In this document: one piece after another, positions 49,965 through 59,948 of the stretch
How positions within the stretch are numbered: the first letter of the stretch is position 1
How the letters are laid out: every line of letters begins with the position of its first letter
DNA from: Minisyncoccia bacterium
Lineage (GTDB): Bacteria > Patescibacteriota > Minisyncoccia > SW-4-49-11
Assembly: GCA_044356725.1 (NCBI GenBank)
Contig: JBIKVS010000001.1
Span: 36,873-100,872, forward strand
Reading direction: 5' to 3'
DNA length: 64,000 nt
Position numbers and translations under genes: made by a program
Notes under the pieces: generated by a model
Database searches by the model: none
What the model saw: the letters and a program-made list of their open reading frames with translations, nothing else
Told to the model about the DNA's origin: nothing

Positions 49965-52255
49965 AAATCCCATATTCAATCATCAAAAATTTTGTTCCCC
50001 AATTAACTCAATCACCCCAAGAGTTAGCAGATTTAATAACATTAAAAAGTTATGAAGTTGACTCAATTTATAATCCAGCTGAATCATTCCAGAATATAGT
50101 AGTCGGACATATACAAAAGGTGACACCACATCCTAATGCAGATAAACTAAATATTGCTGAAGTTTTGGTAGATAATAATGAAACTTTAACTATTGTATGT
50201 GGAGCTAAAAATATAGAGTTAGGACAGAAAGTTGCTGTAGCTAAAATAGGTGCCACCTTGCCTAATGGTTTGAATATTCAAGCAGTAAATTTAAGAGGTC
50301 AAGATTCTTTTGGTATGATTTGCTCCGCTCAGGAATTGGGGCTGCAGGAAGTATCAGATGGAATTTTGATTTTACCAAACACTGCAGAAGTAGGTATGTC
50401 AGTAGCTGAAGTGTTAGGACTAAATGAAGCCATTATAGATATAGATAATAAAGGTTTAGGAACTAGAGCTAGTGATTCATCATCATTCTATGGAGTGGCA
50501 AGAGAAGTTGCCTTAATTAGTAATAATGCATTGCAACCATTAGAACTATCTCCAATACCAGTTAAACAAAAACTCAAAAAACATATTAAGGTTCAAACTA
50601 ACTTATGTAGTTATTATTCAGTTTTAGAACTCTCAGGACTTAGTAAATATAAATTTGATTCTAATATTTTGAGCAAAGGAGGGTATAGAGTGGATCTATA
50701 TGTACAAACCGATATATTTAAATTGGAATCTAGTATTCATCAGACTTTATCTCTTTTAAATCAAAAAACTCATCATCCAGCTGTTGATTTGGGAAATTAT
50801 ATTTTATTTGAGACAGGGCAGCCAGTACATGTTTTTGATGCTGAGAAAGTAAAAGGAGATTCCATTATAGTGAGAGAAGCCAAAAAGGGAGAAATATTTA
50901 AGAGTTTAGAGGAGGTCGAAATATTGCTAGAAGAAGGAGATATTGTGATTTGTGATTCAGAAGAGATTATAGCACTAGCTGGAATCATGGGAGGTGCTTC
51001 TACGGTTGTGGGAGATGGGACAACTCGTGTGATAATTGAAAGTGCTCACTTTGACCATAATAGAATTCGTCAAACAGCTCGAAGATTAAAATTATTAACA
51101 GAATCAGCTAAGAGATTTGAGAGACAAATTCCAGTAGAGTTTGCTGATATTGCAATTCAGAGGATTATAAATTTAGTAGAAAAGTCAGGATTAGAGCCTT
51201 TAGGATATCTTAATTATGGTAATAATAAAACTACACACAAAAGTGTGAGTTTGGATTATAATTATGTTAGAAAATATATAGGCATAGATATTAGTGATGG
51301 AGATATTAATCAAATATTAAAATCATTAAATATAGAGTCTCATAAGTCTTTTGGTTCTCAGAAATATAGTCTAACAGCTCCATATTGGAGATTAGATTTA
51401 AATACTCCAGAAGAGTATATTGAAGAAATAGCTCGCATCTATGGTTATGATAACATTCCAGCTAAATTAGATATTAATAAAATACAAATAAATTCTGACT
51501 CAACTTTTAAATTTAAACGTACAATATCTGAAGAATTGTCTAAAATTGGATATAATGAAATTCTTACTTATCCATATAGCAAAGAGGGGACATTACAGCT
51601 TTTAAATCCAGTTGATGAGTCTCAGTCATATCTTAGACAAAATTTAATAGATTCTATGGTAAAAGCGATAGATAAAAACTCTAAATATCAAGACACACTA
51701 AAATTATTCGAAATTAGTAATGTCTTTACTGCAGAGCAACATTTGCATCTGAGTTTGGGTTGCTATCATAAAGATTCAGAAAAAATCGCAAATATTAATC
51801 AAGCTTATGCTGATTTTATTAGAGTTATTACTCAACTTGGATTTGATTATACTAAATTTACAACTCAGATTATAGAAAATAATACTATTATTAATTATGT
51901 TGAACAAGCTGTAGGCTGGGCAGATGTATCAGGAGTAATAGAAATAGATTTATCAGTTTTGGTAAATATTTTATCTCCAATGTCGGAACATTATAGTCAA
52001 GTTCCCAAATATCCAGCTGTAAAAAGAGATATTACATTAAAAGTATCAAATTCTAGTTCAGCTCAAGAAGTTTATGATAAAATCACGACTTTAGTTTCTC
52101 CAAAATGTTATTATATTGGGTTTAGAGATAAATTTCAAAATGGAGATTTCACTAACTACACCTTCCATCTTGAATTTAGAGATCAGGATAAATCTCTCTC
52201 AGATGATGAGGTTAATGTAGAAATAGATTCAATTCATCAACATTTTATTCAGTAA
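49961..52255 (+). CDS. pheT: phenylalanine--tRNA ligase beta subunit
   Basis: HPNADKL, IVCGA, GMICSAQELG, EEIARIYGY, YPAVKRD. Confidence 0.96.
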   Translation: MKIPYSIIKNFVPQLTQSPQELADLITLKSYEVDSIYNPAESFQNIVVGHIQKVTPHPNADKLNIAEVLVDNNETLTIVCGAKNIELGQKVAVAKIGATLPNGLNIQAVNLRGQDSFGMICSAQELGLQEVSDGILILPNTAEVGMSVAEVLGLNEAIIDIDNKGLGTRASDSSSFYGVAREVALISNNALQPLELSPIPVKQKLKKHIKVQTNLCSYYSVLELSGLSKYKFDSNILSKGGYRVDLYVQTDIFKLESSIHQTLSLLNQKTHHPAVDLGNYILFETGQPVHVFDAEKVKGDSIIVREAKKGEIFKSLEEVEILLEEGDIVICDSEEIIALAGIMGGASTVVGDGTTRVIIESAHFDHNRIRQTARRLKLLTESAKRFERQIPVEFADIAIQRIINLVEKSGLEPLGYLNYGNNKTTHKSVSLDYNYVRKYIGIDISDGDINQILKSLNIESHKSFGSQKYSLTAPYWRLDLNTPEEYIEEIARIYGYDNIPAKLDINKIQINSDSTFKFKRTISEELSKIGYNEILTYPYSKEGTLQLLNPVDESQSYLRQNLIDSMVKAIDKNSKYQDTLKLFEISNVFTAEQHLHLSLGCYHKDSEKIANINQAYADFIRVITQLGFDYTKFTTQIIENNTIINYVEQAVGWADVSGVIEIDLSVLVNILSPMSEHYSQVPKYPAVKRDITLKVSNSSSAQEVYDKITTLVSPKCYYIGFRDKFQNGDFTNYTFHLEFRDQDKSLSDDEVNVEIDSIHQHFIQ

Positions 52256-52385
52256 ATTATAACCTGCAGTAAATAATTCACTCTTAATCATTAAAAATTA
52301 TCTGCAATCTCAAGACTTGCCAAAAATAGTACATATATATATAATAAAATATAGATAAATAATAACAATAAATAAAGTCAAAAAG

Positions 52386-53873
52386 ATGACTAAAATAAAA
52401 CAAAACAAAGGCTTCACCCTCTTAGAAATACTTCTAGTAATAGCAGCGATAGGGATATTAGCAGCAATAGTACTAGTAGCAATAAACCCAAATAGACAGA
52501 TAGCATTAGGAAATAATGCAAGGAGGAGTAGTGACGTAGGAACTATATATAAAGCAATACAGCAATATAACATAGATAATCAGAGATATCCAGAAGCAAT
52601 AGAGAATATGCAGACAGGATACGATAATAGGAAAGAAATATGTAGGGTAGGAGAATATGGAATAAACTGTATAGATATAGATGGAGATATAGTACCAATA
52701 TATATAGCAAGTATACCAGAAGATCCAAATAGTACTACAGTAATAAGTACAAGATATAGTATAGTAAAAAACCTAAATAATACCATAGCAGTCAGAGCAG
52801 AAGGAGCTGAATTAGGAAGAGAGATAATAGCAGGAGTTATATTAGATGGAGGAGGTACATTGAATGCACCATCTGCTATAACAGATTTAAGTATACAGGT
52901 AATAGATGGTATTAGTGTAAGTTTAACTTGGAGTGCTCCAAATAGTCCATTGCCAATAGAAGAGTATGTTATTATATATAGTAGTGGACAAGGATTTAGT
53001 AGTCAAACAGTCATTGGGGAAGTATTAAGCACAAGTTATTTGGTAGAAAATCTACCAATAGGTATTTATGAATTTAAAGTAGTAGCAGTAAATGCAGAAG
53101 CCCAAGGACCAGACTCTAATATAGTAGAAGGAGTCTTATGTGGAGCAGGGACTTGTATAGATTATGCAGGAGCTGATTGGATAATAAGTAGTAATCAAAA
53201 TATATCAGGTCTACATTATAATGTAGGAATATTTAGAGTAAATACAGGAATTATGGCAAGTACGGTATTAGGAGAGAGATTTGTAGTACATGCAAATCAG
53301 TATCAGGGATTAGGAAATATAGATGCAAGTGGAAGAGGTTACCGAGGGGGGCGAGATGGGCATAGTGGAAATAATGGACTAGGCATAGGAGGTGGAACAC
53401 AACAATATGCAGGAGGAGGCTATGGAGGAGCCGGAGGAGGAAGTGGAGGAGGGATTGGATATGGAAGTATAGAGCAACCAATAGAATTAGGAAGTGGAGG
53501 AGGATCAGGCTATTATACAAATACCTTAGGAGGCCGAGGAGGCGGAGCGATCAAGATAGTAGTAAGTGGGGATATAGAGGTAGGAGGTAATATATTGGCA
53601 AATGGAGGAAATGGTGCTAGTGGAGGTTTTTACAGTGGAGGCGGAGGAGGAGCTGGAGGAAGTGTATGGTTAGAAGCAGGAGGAGAGATGAGAGGTGCGG
53701 GAGAGATAAGAGTAAATGGAGGAAATGGAGTCGGTGGATCGGCAGGCGGAGCCGGAGGGCGAATAGCAATGTATTATGGAAGTAATAGTTTTAGTGGAAC
53801 AGTAACAACAAATGGAGGTAATGTAACATCAGGTTCCGGAGGAGCTGGTACTATATTTCAACAACAGAGATAA
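52386..53873 (+). CDS. type IV pilin with FN3 domain and glycine-rich C-terminal domain
   Basis: KG/FTLLE; LTWSAP...YEFKVVAVN (FN3); GSGGG/GGRGGG/GGAGG repeats. Confidence 0.85.
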   Translation: MTKIKQNKGFTLLEILLVIAAIGILAAIVLVAINPNRQIALGNNARRSSDVGTIYKAIQQYNIDNQRYPEAIENMQTGYDNRKEICRVGEYGINCIDIDGDIVPIYIASIPEDPNSTTVISTRYSIVKNLNNTIAVRAEGAELGREIIAGVILDGGGTLNAPSAITDLSIQVIDGISVSLTWSAPNSPLPIEEYVIIYSSGQGFSSQTVIGEVLSTSYLVENLPIGIYEFKVVAVNAEAQGPDSNIVEGVLCGAGTCIDYAGADWIISSNQNISGLHYNVGIFRVNTGIMASTVLGERFVVHANQYQGLGNIDASGRGYRGGRDGHSGNNGLGIGGGTQQYAGGGYGGAGGGSGGGIGYGSIEQPIELGSGGGSGYYTNTLGGRGGGAIKIVVSGDIEVGGNILANGGNGASGGFYSGGGGGAGGSVWLEAGGEMRGAGEIRVNGGNGVGGSAGGAGGRIAMYYGSNSFSGTVTTNGGNVTSGSGGAGTIFQQQR

Positions 53874-53898
53874 TAAATTAACAATTAATAATAGAATT

Positions 53899-54414
53899 AT
53901 GAAAAAGTCAGCAATAATAGTAATAAGTATAATAATAGTAATAGGAGGTATAATATATGGGTTATGGAGAGGAGGACATTTAGAGCAAATAATCCCCGGA
54001 GTTGGAGTAGACACCTATGAATATAAGAGTGAAGAATTGAAAAAGATGTCAGAAGAGGCAGGAATAAATCTAGAGAAGGGAATGGTAGAAGAGCAAAAAG
54101 ATTATATTAATCAAAAAGAAGAAAGGATAAGGAATGAGAGAGATATAATATATAGTGGAAAGATAATAGAGAATATAGATAATAGTAAAGAATGGATAAT
54201 AAGAGTAATGATACCAAAAGGAGAAGAAGAGAAGAAATATGGAATATGGGAGAGTATAGGAGAGAATGTATTTATAAGTGAGTTAAGTAGTAGAAGTTAT
54301 GAGGAATGGGAATATGTAAGTAAAGGAGATAGAGAATTAAAAGGAAAATATATCATAGGAGAGATTGGAGAAGGGAATACAGTACAGGATATACAGTATA
54401 CTATAGAAAGGTAA
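53899..54414 (+). CDS. hypothetical membrane-anchored protein
   Basis: N-terminal TM; same purine-rich codon usage as the upstream pilin. Confidence 0.65.
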   Translation: MKKSAIIVISIIIVIGGIIYGLWRGGHLEQIIPGVGVDTYEYKSEELKKMSEEAGINLEKGMVEEQKDYINQKEERIRNERDIIYSGKIIENIDNSKEWIIRVMIPKGEEEKKYGIWESIGENVFISELSSRSYEEWEYVSKGDRELKGKYIIGEIGEGNTVQDIQYTIER

Positions 54415-54435
54415 TGTATTATTCTTAATAAAATA

Positions 54436-54464
54436 TTGACAACAGGACTAAAATGCTATATAAT
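54436..54464 (+). promoter_or_regulatory. rplU promoter
   Basis: TTGACA-17 nt-TATAAT. Confidence 0.8.
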
Positions 54465-54492
54465 GAATATCAATGTTAGATAATTAATTTGT

Positions 54493-54804
54493 ATGTTTGC
54501 AATTATTCGTACTGGTGGAAAACAATATTCAGTTGAAAAAGGAACTGTTTTGAAGATTGAAAAGTTAGATAAGGAAGAAGGATCAGAGGTTATATTTGAG
54601 GATGTTTTATTATTAGAAAATGAATCTGACATTACTATTGGGACTCCTAAAATTGAAAAAGCTAAAGTTATAGCTAAAGTTTTGTCTCAAGGTAGAGGTA
54701 AGAAGCAAATAGTCTTTAAATATAAGAATAAAACTAGATATAGTGTTAAAAATGGACATAGACAGCCTTACACTGAAGTGGAGATAACTGATATTAGTCT
54801 TTAA
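54493..54804 (+). CDS. rplU: 50S ribosomal protein L21
   Basis: MFAIIRTGGKQY, GHRQPYT. Confidence 0.98.
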   Translation: MFAIIRTGGKQYSVEKGTVLKIEKLDKEEGSEVIFEDVLLLENESDITIGTPKIEKAKVIAKVLSQGRGKKQIVFKYKNKTRYSVKNGHRQPYTEVEITDISL

Positions 54805-54825
54805 TATATACTTTTACATCTAATT

Positions 54826-55089
54826 ATGGATGTATATACACAAATACAAAATGTTTTAGAAGAAATCAGCCCTATGTTAGAGGCTGATGGTGGTGGTGTT
54901 GAGATACTAGAATTTAAGGATGGTAATCTTACTCTGAATTTACTGGGAGCTTGCTCTGGCTGTCCTATGTCATCTATTACCTTTGGAGTAGTTGTAGAAA
55001 ATAAACTGCGTGAAGTATGTGGTGACAAAATTAAAAATATATATTATAATAAAGATAGTCCAGATAATAATTATCATTTAAGTAAATAA
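54826..55089 (+). CDS. NifU C-terminal domain protein
   Basis: PMLEADGGGV, GACSGCPMS. Confidence 0.92.
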   Translation: MDVYTQIQNVLEEISPMLEADGGGVEILEFKDGNLTLNLLGACSGCPMSSITFGVVVENKLREVCGDKIKNIYYNKDSPDNNYHLSK

Positions 55090-55091
55090 AT

Positions 55092-55361
55092 ATGGCTATT
55101 AAAACCTTGGCAATAGATAGAGATCAATGTATAGGAGCTGCTAGCTGTGTAGCTGTATACCCAGATATATTTGAAATAGATGAAGAAGCAAAAGCAGTGC
55201 TTAAATTAAAGGGAGGAGAAACTACCTCAGAAAGAACAGATATTAAAGCTCTTGATGTTAGTAGTGTAGATGATGATACTTTATTGCTTGCAGCTCAATC
55301 TTGTCCGACTGCTGCAGTATATCTTTATGATGAAGAGGGGAATCAAGTATTTCCAGCTTAA
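55092..55361 (+). CDS. ferredoxin (single cluster)
   Basis: CIGAASC...CPTAA. Confidence 0.9.
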   Translation: MAIKTLAIDRDQCIGAASCVAVYPDIFEIDEEAKAVLKLKGGETTSERTDIKALDVSSVDDDTLLLAAQSCPTAAVYLYDEEGNQVFPA

Positions 55362-55387
55362 GAATACTTTAAAATATTAATTGCATT

Positions 55388-56191
55388 ATGCTCAATTTCC
55401 AATTCTTAGAATTTTTGAGTGAATACAGCTTTGAGCTACCTATCTGGGGTATAAGCTTTTTGTTTGCATATAGCTTGGTTTTAATTTTATCTTTAGAGAA
55501 AGCTACCAGAAAAGGTGTGCCTACGAAAGATATATTTAATTTGGGAAGCATTATTGCTATATCATCTATAATTGGGGCTAGGATGGTTTATTTAGCTATT
55601 CTTCAAACAGATTTAGATTGGGAGAATGTATTTAGTTGGGGAGAGATTTTTTATGAAGGTAAATTAAGTATTGTAGGTGGATATTTAGGGGCTTTAGTGT
55701 CAGGATGGTTCTATCTGCAAGGTTTTGATGCTATTAAGAGATCTGGTATGTCATGGCTAAGATTTTGTGATACCTTTTTACCCATAGTTTCAATTGGAAT
55801 GATATTTGGCTATATAGGTACATTTTTTGTTACTGTTAATAAAGGCTTAGTTACCACAATGTCATATCCATGGCTAATTATGCTGGGTGATGATTATGTA
55901 CATCCATGGGCATTATATGTAGCCTTAGGTTATTTGATTTTATTTATTACTATATCTATATTGTATAGTAAATCTTATGTCTTTAGAAAACCAGGATATC
56001 TTACAGGTTGTTTTTTGATAGGGATATCTTTAATCCACTTTATTACTGATTTTTGGCAGGTTCAAGATTTACAATATGGGACAGCTAAAATTAATGGGTT
56101 GACTTTAACTCAGGGAGTGTCTCTATTGATTATATTAATAGCTAGTTTGGGTTTAATATTTATAAAAACCAAATCTTCACATACTAAATAA
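55388..56191 (+). CDS. Lgt-like membrane protein, degenerate
   Basis: IIGARMVY, GKLSIVGG, PW...HPWALY, LTLTQ; catalytic residues altered. Confidence 0.75.
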   Translation: MLNFQFLEFLSEYSFELPIWGISFLFAYSLVLILSLEKATRKGVPTKDIFNLGSIIAISSIIGARMVYLAILQTDLDWENVFSWGEIFYEGKLSIVGGYLGALVSGWFYLQGFDAIKRSGMSWLRFCDTFLPIVSIGMIFGYIGTFFVTVNKGLVTTMSYPWLIMLGDDYVHPWALYVALGYLILFITISILYSKSYVFRKPGYLTGCFLIGISLIHFITDFWQVQDLQYGTAKINGLTLTQGVSLLIILIASLGLIFIKTKSSHTK

Positions 56192-56231
56192 ATATTTGTA
56201 GAATTAATTTTAATATATCCGTGAATTGTAT

Positions 56232-57986
56232 ATGAATAATGAGGCTAAAGATTTAATTAAGCAAAAACTAGATATAGTAGATGTTATAGGTGAATATATT
56301 ACTTTAATTCCAGCGGGGTCAAATTATAAAGCACTGTCTCCATTTCGTACTGAAAAAACACCATCTTTTATAGTAAGTCCTGAGCTTCAAATCTATAAAG
56401 ACTTTGGGGGAGATAAATCTGGAGATATATTTCAATTTATTATGGATATAGAGGGGGTAACTTTCCCAGAAGCTTTGAATATATTATCTCAAAAGGCTGG
56501 AATATCTATTAAAACTTATTCTAAAGATGCTCATAGTAATATCGATAATAAAAAAACTTTACTTCAGATTCTAAGTGATAGCGCTAAAATTTATCATTCC
56601 ATATTAAAACATATATCCTATGGACAAAAGGGGATAGAATATCTATCTTCTAGAGGGATTACTACTGAGTTAATAGATTTGTTTGAAATTGGCTTGGCTC
56701 CTCAAAGTTATCATACTTTGAGTAAAAAATTATCTCAAAAATACTCACATAATGATATTGAAGCTGCAGGTATGGCTATTAGTAGTGATAAAAATAATAT
56801 TTACGATAGATTTAGAGGTAGAATTATGATCCCAATTAGAGATACATTAGGTAGAGTAGTTGGTTTTACAGGTAGGGTTTTGCCAGAATATGATGATGGG
56901 AAAATGGGTAAATATGTAAATTCTCCGCAGACAGTTGTATTTGATAAAAGTAAAGTTTTATTTGGTTTGTCTCAGGCTAAGATAGATATTAAAAGTACCA
57001 ATAGAGTCATTATAGTCGAAGGTCAAATGGATGTTATTATGTCTCATAAGGCGGGTGTGAAAGAAGTAGTAGCAGTATCAGGGACTGCTTTGAGTGAGCA
57101 TCATATAACGACTTTATTGAGATATACCAATCAATTCGTATTGGCTTTTGATAATGATAAAGCTGGGATTAATGCTTGTCTTCGCTCAGCTGCAATGATT
57201 ACTAAAAAAGGTGGTATAGTCAAGGTTATCCATATTGAGCAGGGGAAGGATACAGCCGACTTAGTAAGAGAAAATCCAGCTTTATGGTTAGAAAGTGTAG
57301 AAAAGTCACTAGATTTTATTGAATACTATATTAATCATATAGTCTCTAAAATTGAAGCAGAAGATACTCCAGCTAAAAATCAGGCTTTACAAAGTTTAAT
57401 AGCATGGATACAAGAGATTACTGATCCTATTACTAAAAACTATTATATTAAAAGGTTAGCTGATTTATTGAATATGGCGGAAAAAGATATTTATAATCAG
57501 CTAAAATTAAGCACAGTACAGTCAACTCCCGACTCTAAACAATCTGTATTAGAAACACCTTTAGTGAAGTTACAAAAACAAATTATTGCATATCTACTTT
57601 ACAAACCCACAAATCATGATATTCTTATATTAGAGCAATCTTTATTTACTCAACCTAAATTAAGAGAGTTATTTATCAAATTAAGAGACTATTGCAAGCA
57701 AAATTCCCCACAGCAATTAAATTTAGTGGACTGTAAAGAATTTCTTTCAGATTCGGAGTATGCAACACTGGAAGAATTGCTATTGCCAATTTTTTATAAA
57801 ATTGAACAATTACAATCGAGTGAATCTCAAATACAACAAACAATTCAAGAAAACATTAATCTTTTAAAGAATCAATATAAGAGCCTTGCTCGTAAGACCT
57901 TATTAAAAAAATTAAAAGAAGCAAAAAAAAATGGAGATAATGACAAGGTCCAAGAAATTCTAAAAAAATATAAGTCATTCACCTAA
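56232..57986 (+). CDS. dnaG: DNA primase
   Basis: EKTPSF, YDRFRGRIMIPI, KYVNSP, VEGQMDV, FDNDKAG; ATG at 56232. Confidence 0.97.
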   Translation: MNNEAKDLIKQKLDIVDVIGEYITLIPAGSNYKALSPFRTEKTPSFIVSPELQIYKDFGGDKSGDIFQFIMDIEGVTFPEALNILSQKAGISIKTYSKDAHSNIDNKKTLLQILSDSAKIYHSILKHISYGQKGIEYLSSRGITTELIDLFEIGLAPQSYHTLSKKLSQKYSHNDIEAAGMAISSDKNNIYDRFRGRIMIPIRDTLGRVVGFTGRVLPEYDDGKMGKYVNSPQTVVFDKSKVLFGLSQAKIDIKSTNRVIIVEGQMDVIMSHKAGVKEVVAVSGTALSEHHITTLLRYTNQFVLAFDNDKAGINACLRSAAMITKKGGIVKVIHIEQGKDTADLVRENPALWLESVEKSLDFIEYYINHIVSKIEAEDTPAKNQALQSLIAWIQEITDPITKNYYIKRLADLLNMAEKDIYNQLKLSTVQSTPDSKQSVLETPLVKLQKQIIAYLLYKPTNHDILILEQSLFTQPKLRELFIKLRDYCKQNSPQQLNLVDCKEFLSDSEYATLEELLLPIFYKIEQLQSSESQIQQTIQENINLLKNQYKSLARKTLLKKLKEAKKNGDNDKVQEILKKYKSFT

Positions 57987-58012
57987 ATATACTAGATAAC
58001 TAACTTAATTAT

Positions 58013-59104
58013 ATGAAAAAAGCTATTACTCCATCCTTAGAAAAAGTTATTAAGTCACTAATTTCTCAAGGCAAGTCAAGAGGTTTTGTTACTGAAACCG
58101 AAATTATGTATGCTTTACCTAATATTGAAGATAATTTAGAGCAGGTAGAAGAAATATATGATGCATTAAAGGAAAAGGGTATCAAAATACAAGATGAAGT
58201 CGAGTTTTTACCATTAGTCACAGTAGATGGGATAGAGGACATAGAGTCATATACCCAACTTGAAAAGTGGGAAGAAGAATTACCAGATCCGGTTAATATA
58301 TATTTAAAAGAAATTGGTAGTATACCTCTTCTAAGTAAAGAACAAGAAATCTATATCTCAAGAAGAGTACTCGAAGGTGATGAAGATGCTAAAAAAGAAT
58401 TAGCAGAAGCTAATTTGAGATTAGTAGTTTCGATTGCTAAAAAATATGTTGGAAGAAGTCCAAATTTAACTCTATTAGATTTAATTCAAGAAGGAAATTT
58501 AGGTTTGTTCAAAGCAATAGAAAAATTTGATTATTCTAAAGGTTTCAAATTTTCTACTTATGCAACTTGGTGGATCAGACAAGCTATTACAAGAGCCTTA
58601 GCTGACCAATCTAGAACTATTCGTATTCCAGTTCATATGGTTGAGACTATTAATAAATACTCCCAAGTTGTTCGTAATTTAGTGCAAGAATTAGGAAGAG
58701 AACCATTGCCAGAAGAAATTGCGGCAGAAATGGATTTAGAAGTAGAAAAAGTACATCAGATTATTAAAATTAATCAAGATACTATTTCTCTACAAGCTCC
58801 TGTGGGAGACGAAGATGGTAGCTCTTTGGGTGATTTTATAGAAGACACTGATTCTCTAAGTCCAACTCAAACAGCTAGCCGTAACCTGCTAAGGTCACAT
58901 TTACAAGAAATACTAGATGACCTGAATGATAGAGAACAAAAAATTCTACAAATGAGATTTGGGCTAGAAGATGGAATAACTCATACTTTAGAAGAAGTGG
59001 GAGCTGAATTTAATGTAACTAGAGAGCGTATAAGACAAATTGAAGTTAAAGCTTTGGAAAAAATAAGAGAACATATCAATATTAGAAAGCTAAGAGATTA
59101 CTAA
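58013..59104 (+). CDS. rpoD: RNA polymerase primary sigma factor
   Basis: [35 protein letters not shown]. Confidence 0.98.
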   Translation: MKKAITPSLEKVIKSLISQGKSRGFVTETEIMYALPNIEDNLEQVEEIYDALKEKGIKIQDEVEFLPLVTVDGIEDIESYTQLEKWEEELPDPVNIYLKEIGSIPLLSKEQEIYISRRVLEGDEDAKKELAEANLRLVVSIAKKYVGRSPNLTLLDLIQEGNLGLFKAIEKFDYSKGFKFSTYATWWIRQAITRALADQSRTIRIPVHMVETINKYSQVVRNLVQELGREPLPEEIAAEMDLEVEKVHQIIKINQDTISLQAPVGDEDGSSLGDFIEDTDSLSPTQTASRNLLRSHLQEILDDLNDREQKILQMRFGLEDGITHTLEEVGAEFNVTRERIRQIEVKALEKIREHINIRKLRDY

Positions 59105-59129
59105 TCTATTAGCTTGAATGCATAAAATT

Positions 59130-59158
59130 TTGACAAGATTCAAAATATAAGGTAATAT
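59130..59158 (+). promoter_or_regulatory. secE-nusG promoter
   Basis: TTGACA-17 nt-TAATAT. Confidence 0.65.
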
Positions 59159-59181
59159 TATTTGTACTATTAAAGAATATA

Positions 59182-59367
59182 ATGATAACGAAGCCTATCC
59201 AATATATCAAAGAAGCTCAAGTAGAAATTCAAAAAGTTACTTGGCCTACTAGAAAACAATCATTGCAATATACTGCTATTGTGGTTATTATATCAGTTGC
59301 AGCTACAGTAGTATTGGGAGGTTTAGATATATTATTTAATTATATTCTGACTCAATTTATTTTATAA
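59182..59367 (+). CDS. secE: preprotein translocase subunit SecE
   Basis: EIQKVTWP plus TM; upstream of nusG. Confidence 0.95.
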   Translation: MITKPIQYIKEAQVEIQKVTWPTRKQSLQYTAIVVIISVAATVVLGGLDILFNYILTQFIL

Positions 59368-59383
59368 CTTATACTTTCTCTAT

Positions 59384-59932
59384 ATGGCAAAACAACATCC
59401 TATTAGTATTGAAAAAAATTGGTATGTGATTCACAGTGTCTCAGGTTTAGAAGACAATGTTGCTCAAAATCTCAAAAAACGTATAGAGTCCTTATCTATG
59501 GAAGATTATATTTTTGACGTAATCGTTCCTAAAGAGAAAAAAATTAAGGTCAAGAATGGAAAAAGAGTAACAGTAGAAGAAAGAATTTATCCAGGCTATG
59601 TCTTTGTAGAAATGATTGTGACAGATAACTCTTGGTATGTAGTAAGAAATACTCCCAATGTAACTGGATTTATTGGAGCCGGGACAACTCCTATTCCAGT
59701 CTCTCCAGATGAGATGAATTTTATTACCAAAAAGACTACTAAAGAAGAACCTAAATACACTCTGAATGTAGATGTTGATGATTTGGTTAAGATTATCGAT
59801 GGTCCATTTAAGGATTTTGAAGGTAAAGTATCGGAAGTAGATGAATCTAAAGGTAAACTGAAGGTTTTAGTGAATATGTTTGGTAGAAATACCCCTGTGG
59901 AATTAGACTCTCTGCAGATTAAAAAAGTTTAG
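59384..59932 (+). CDS. nusG: transcription factor NusG
   Basis: WYVIH, YPGYVFV, VRNTPNVTGF, GPFKDFEG, FGRNTPVEL. Confidence 0.98.
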   Translation: MAKQHPISIEKNWYVIHSVSGLEDNVAQNLKKRIESLSMEDYIFDVIVPKEKKIKVKNGKRVTVEERIYPGYVFVEMIVTDNSWYVVRNTPNVTGFIGAGTTPIPVSPDEMNFITKKTTKEEPKYTLNVDVDDLVKIIDGPFKDFEGKVSEVDESKGKLKVLVNMFGRNTPVELDSLQIKKV

Positions 59933-59948
59933 TATATAATCTCATTCA

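Noticed and set aside
53330-53850. Gly-rich GGA runs as a DNA tandem repeat
   Set aside because: No fixed nucleotide period; explained by a glycine-rich protein domain with GGA codon bias.
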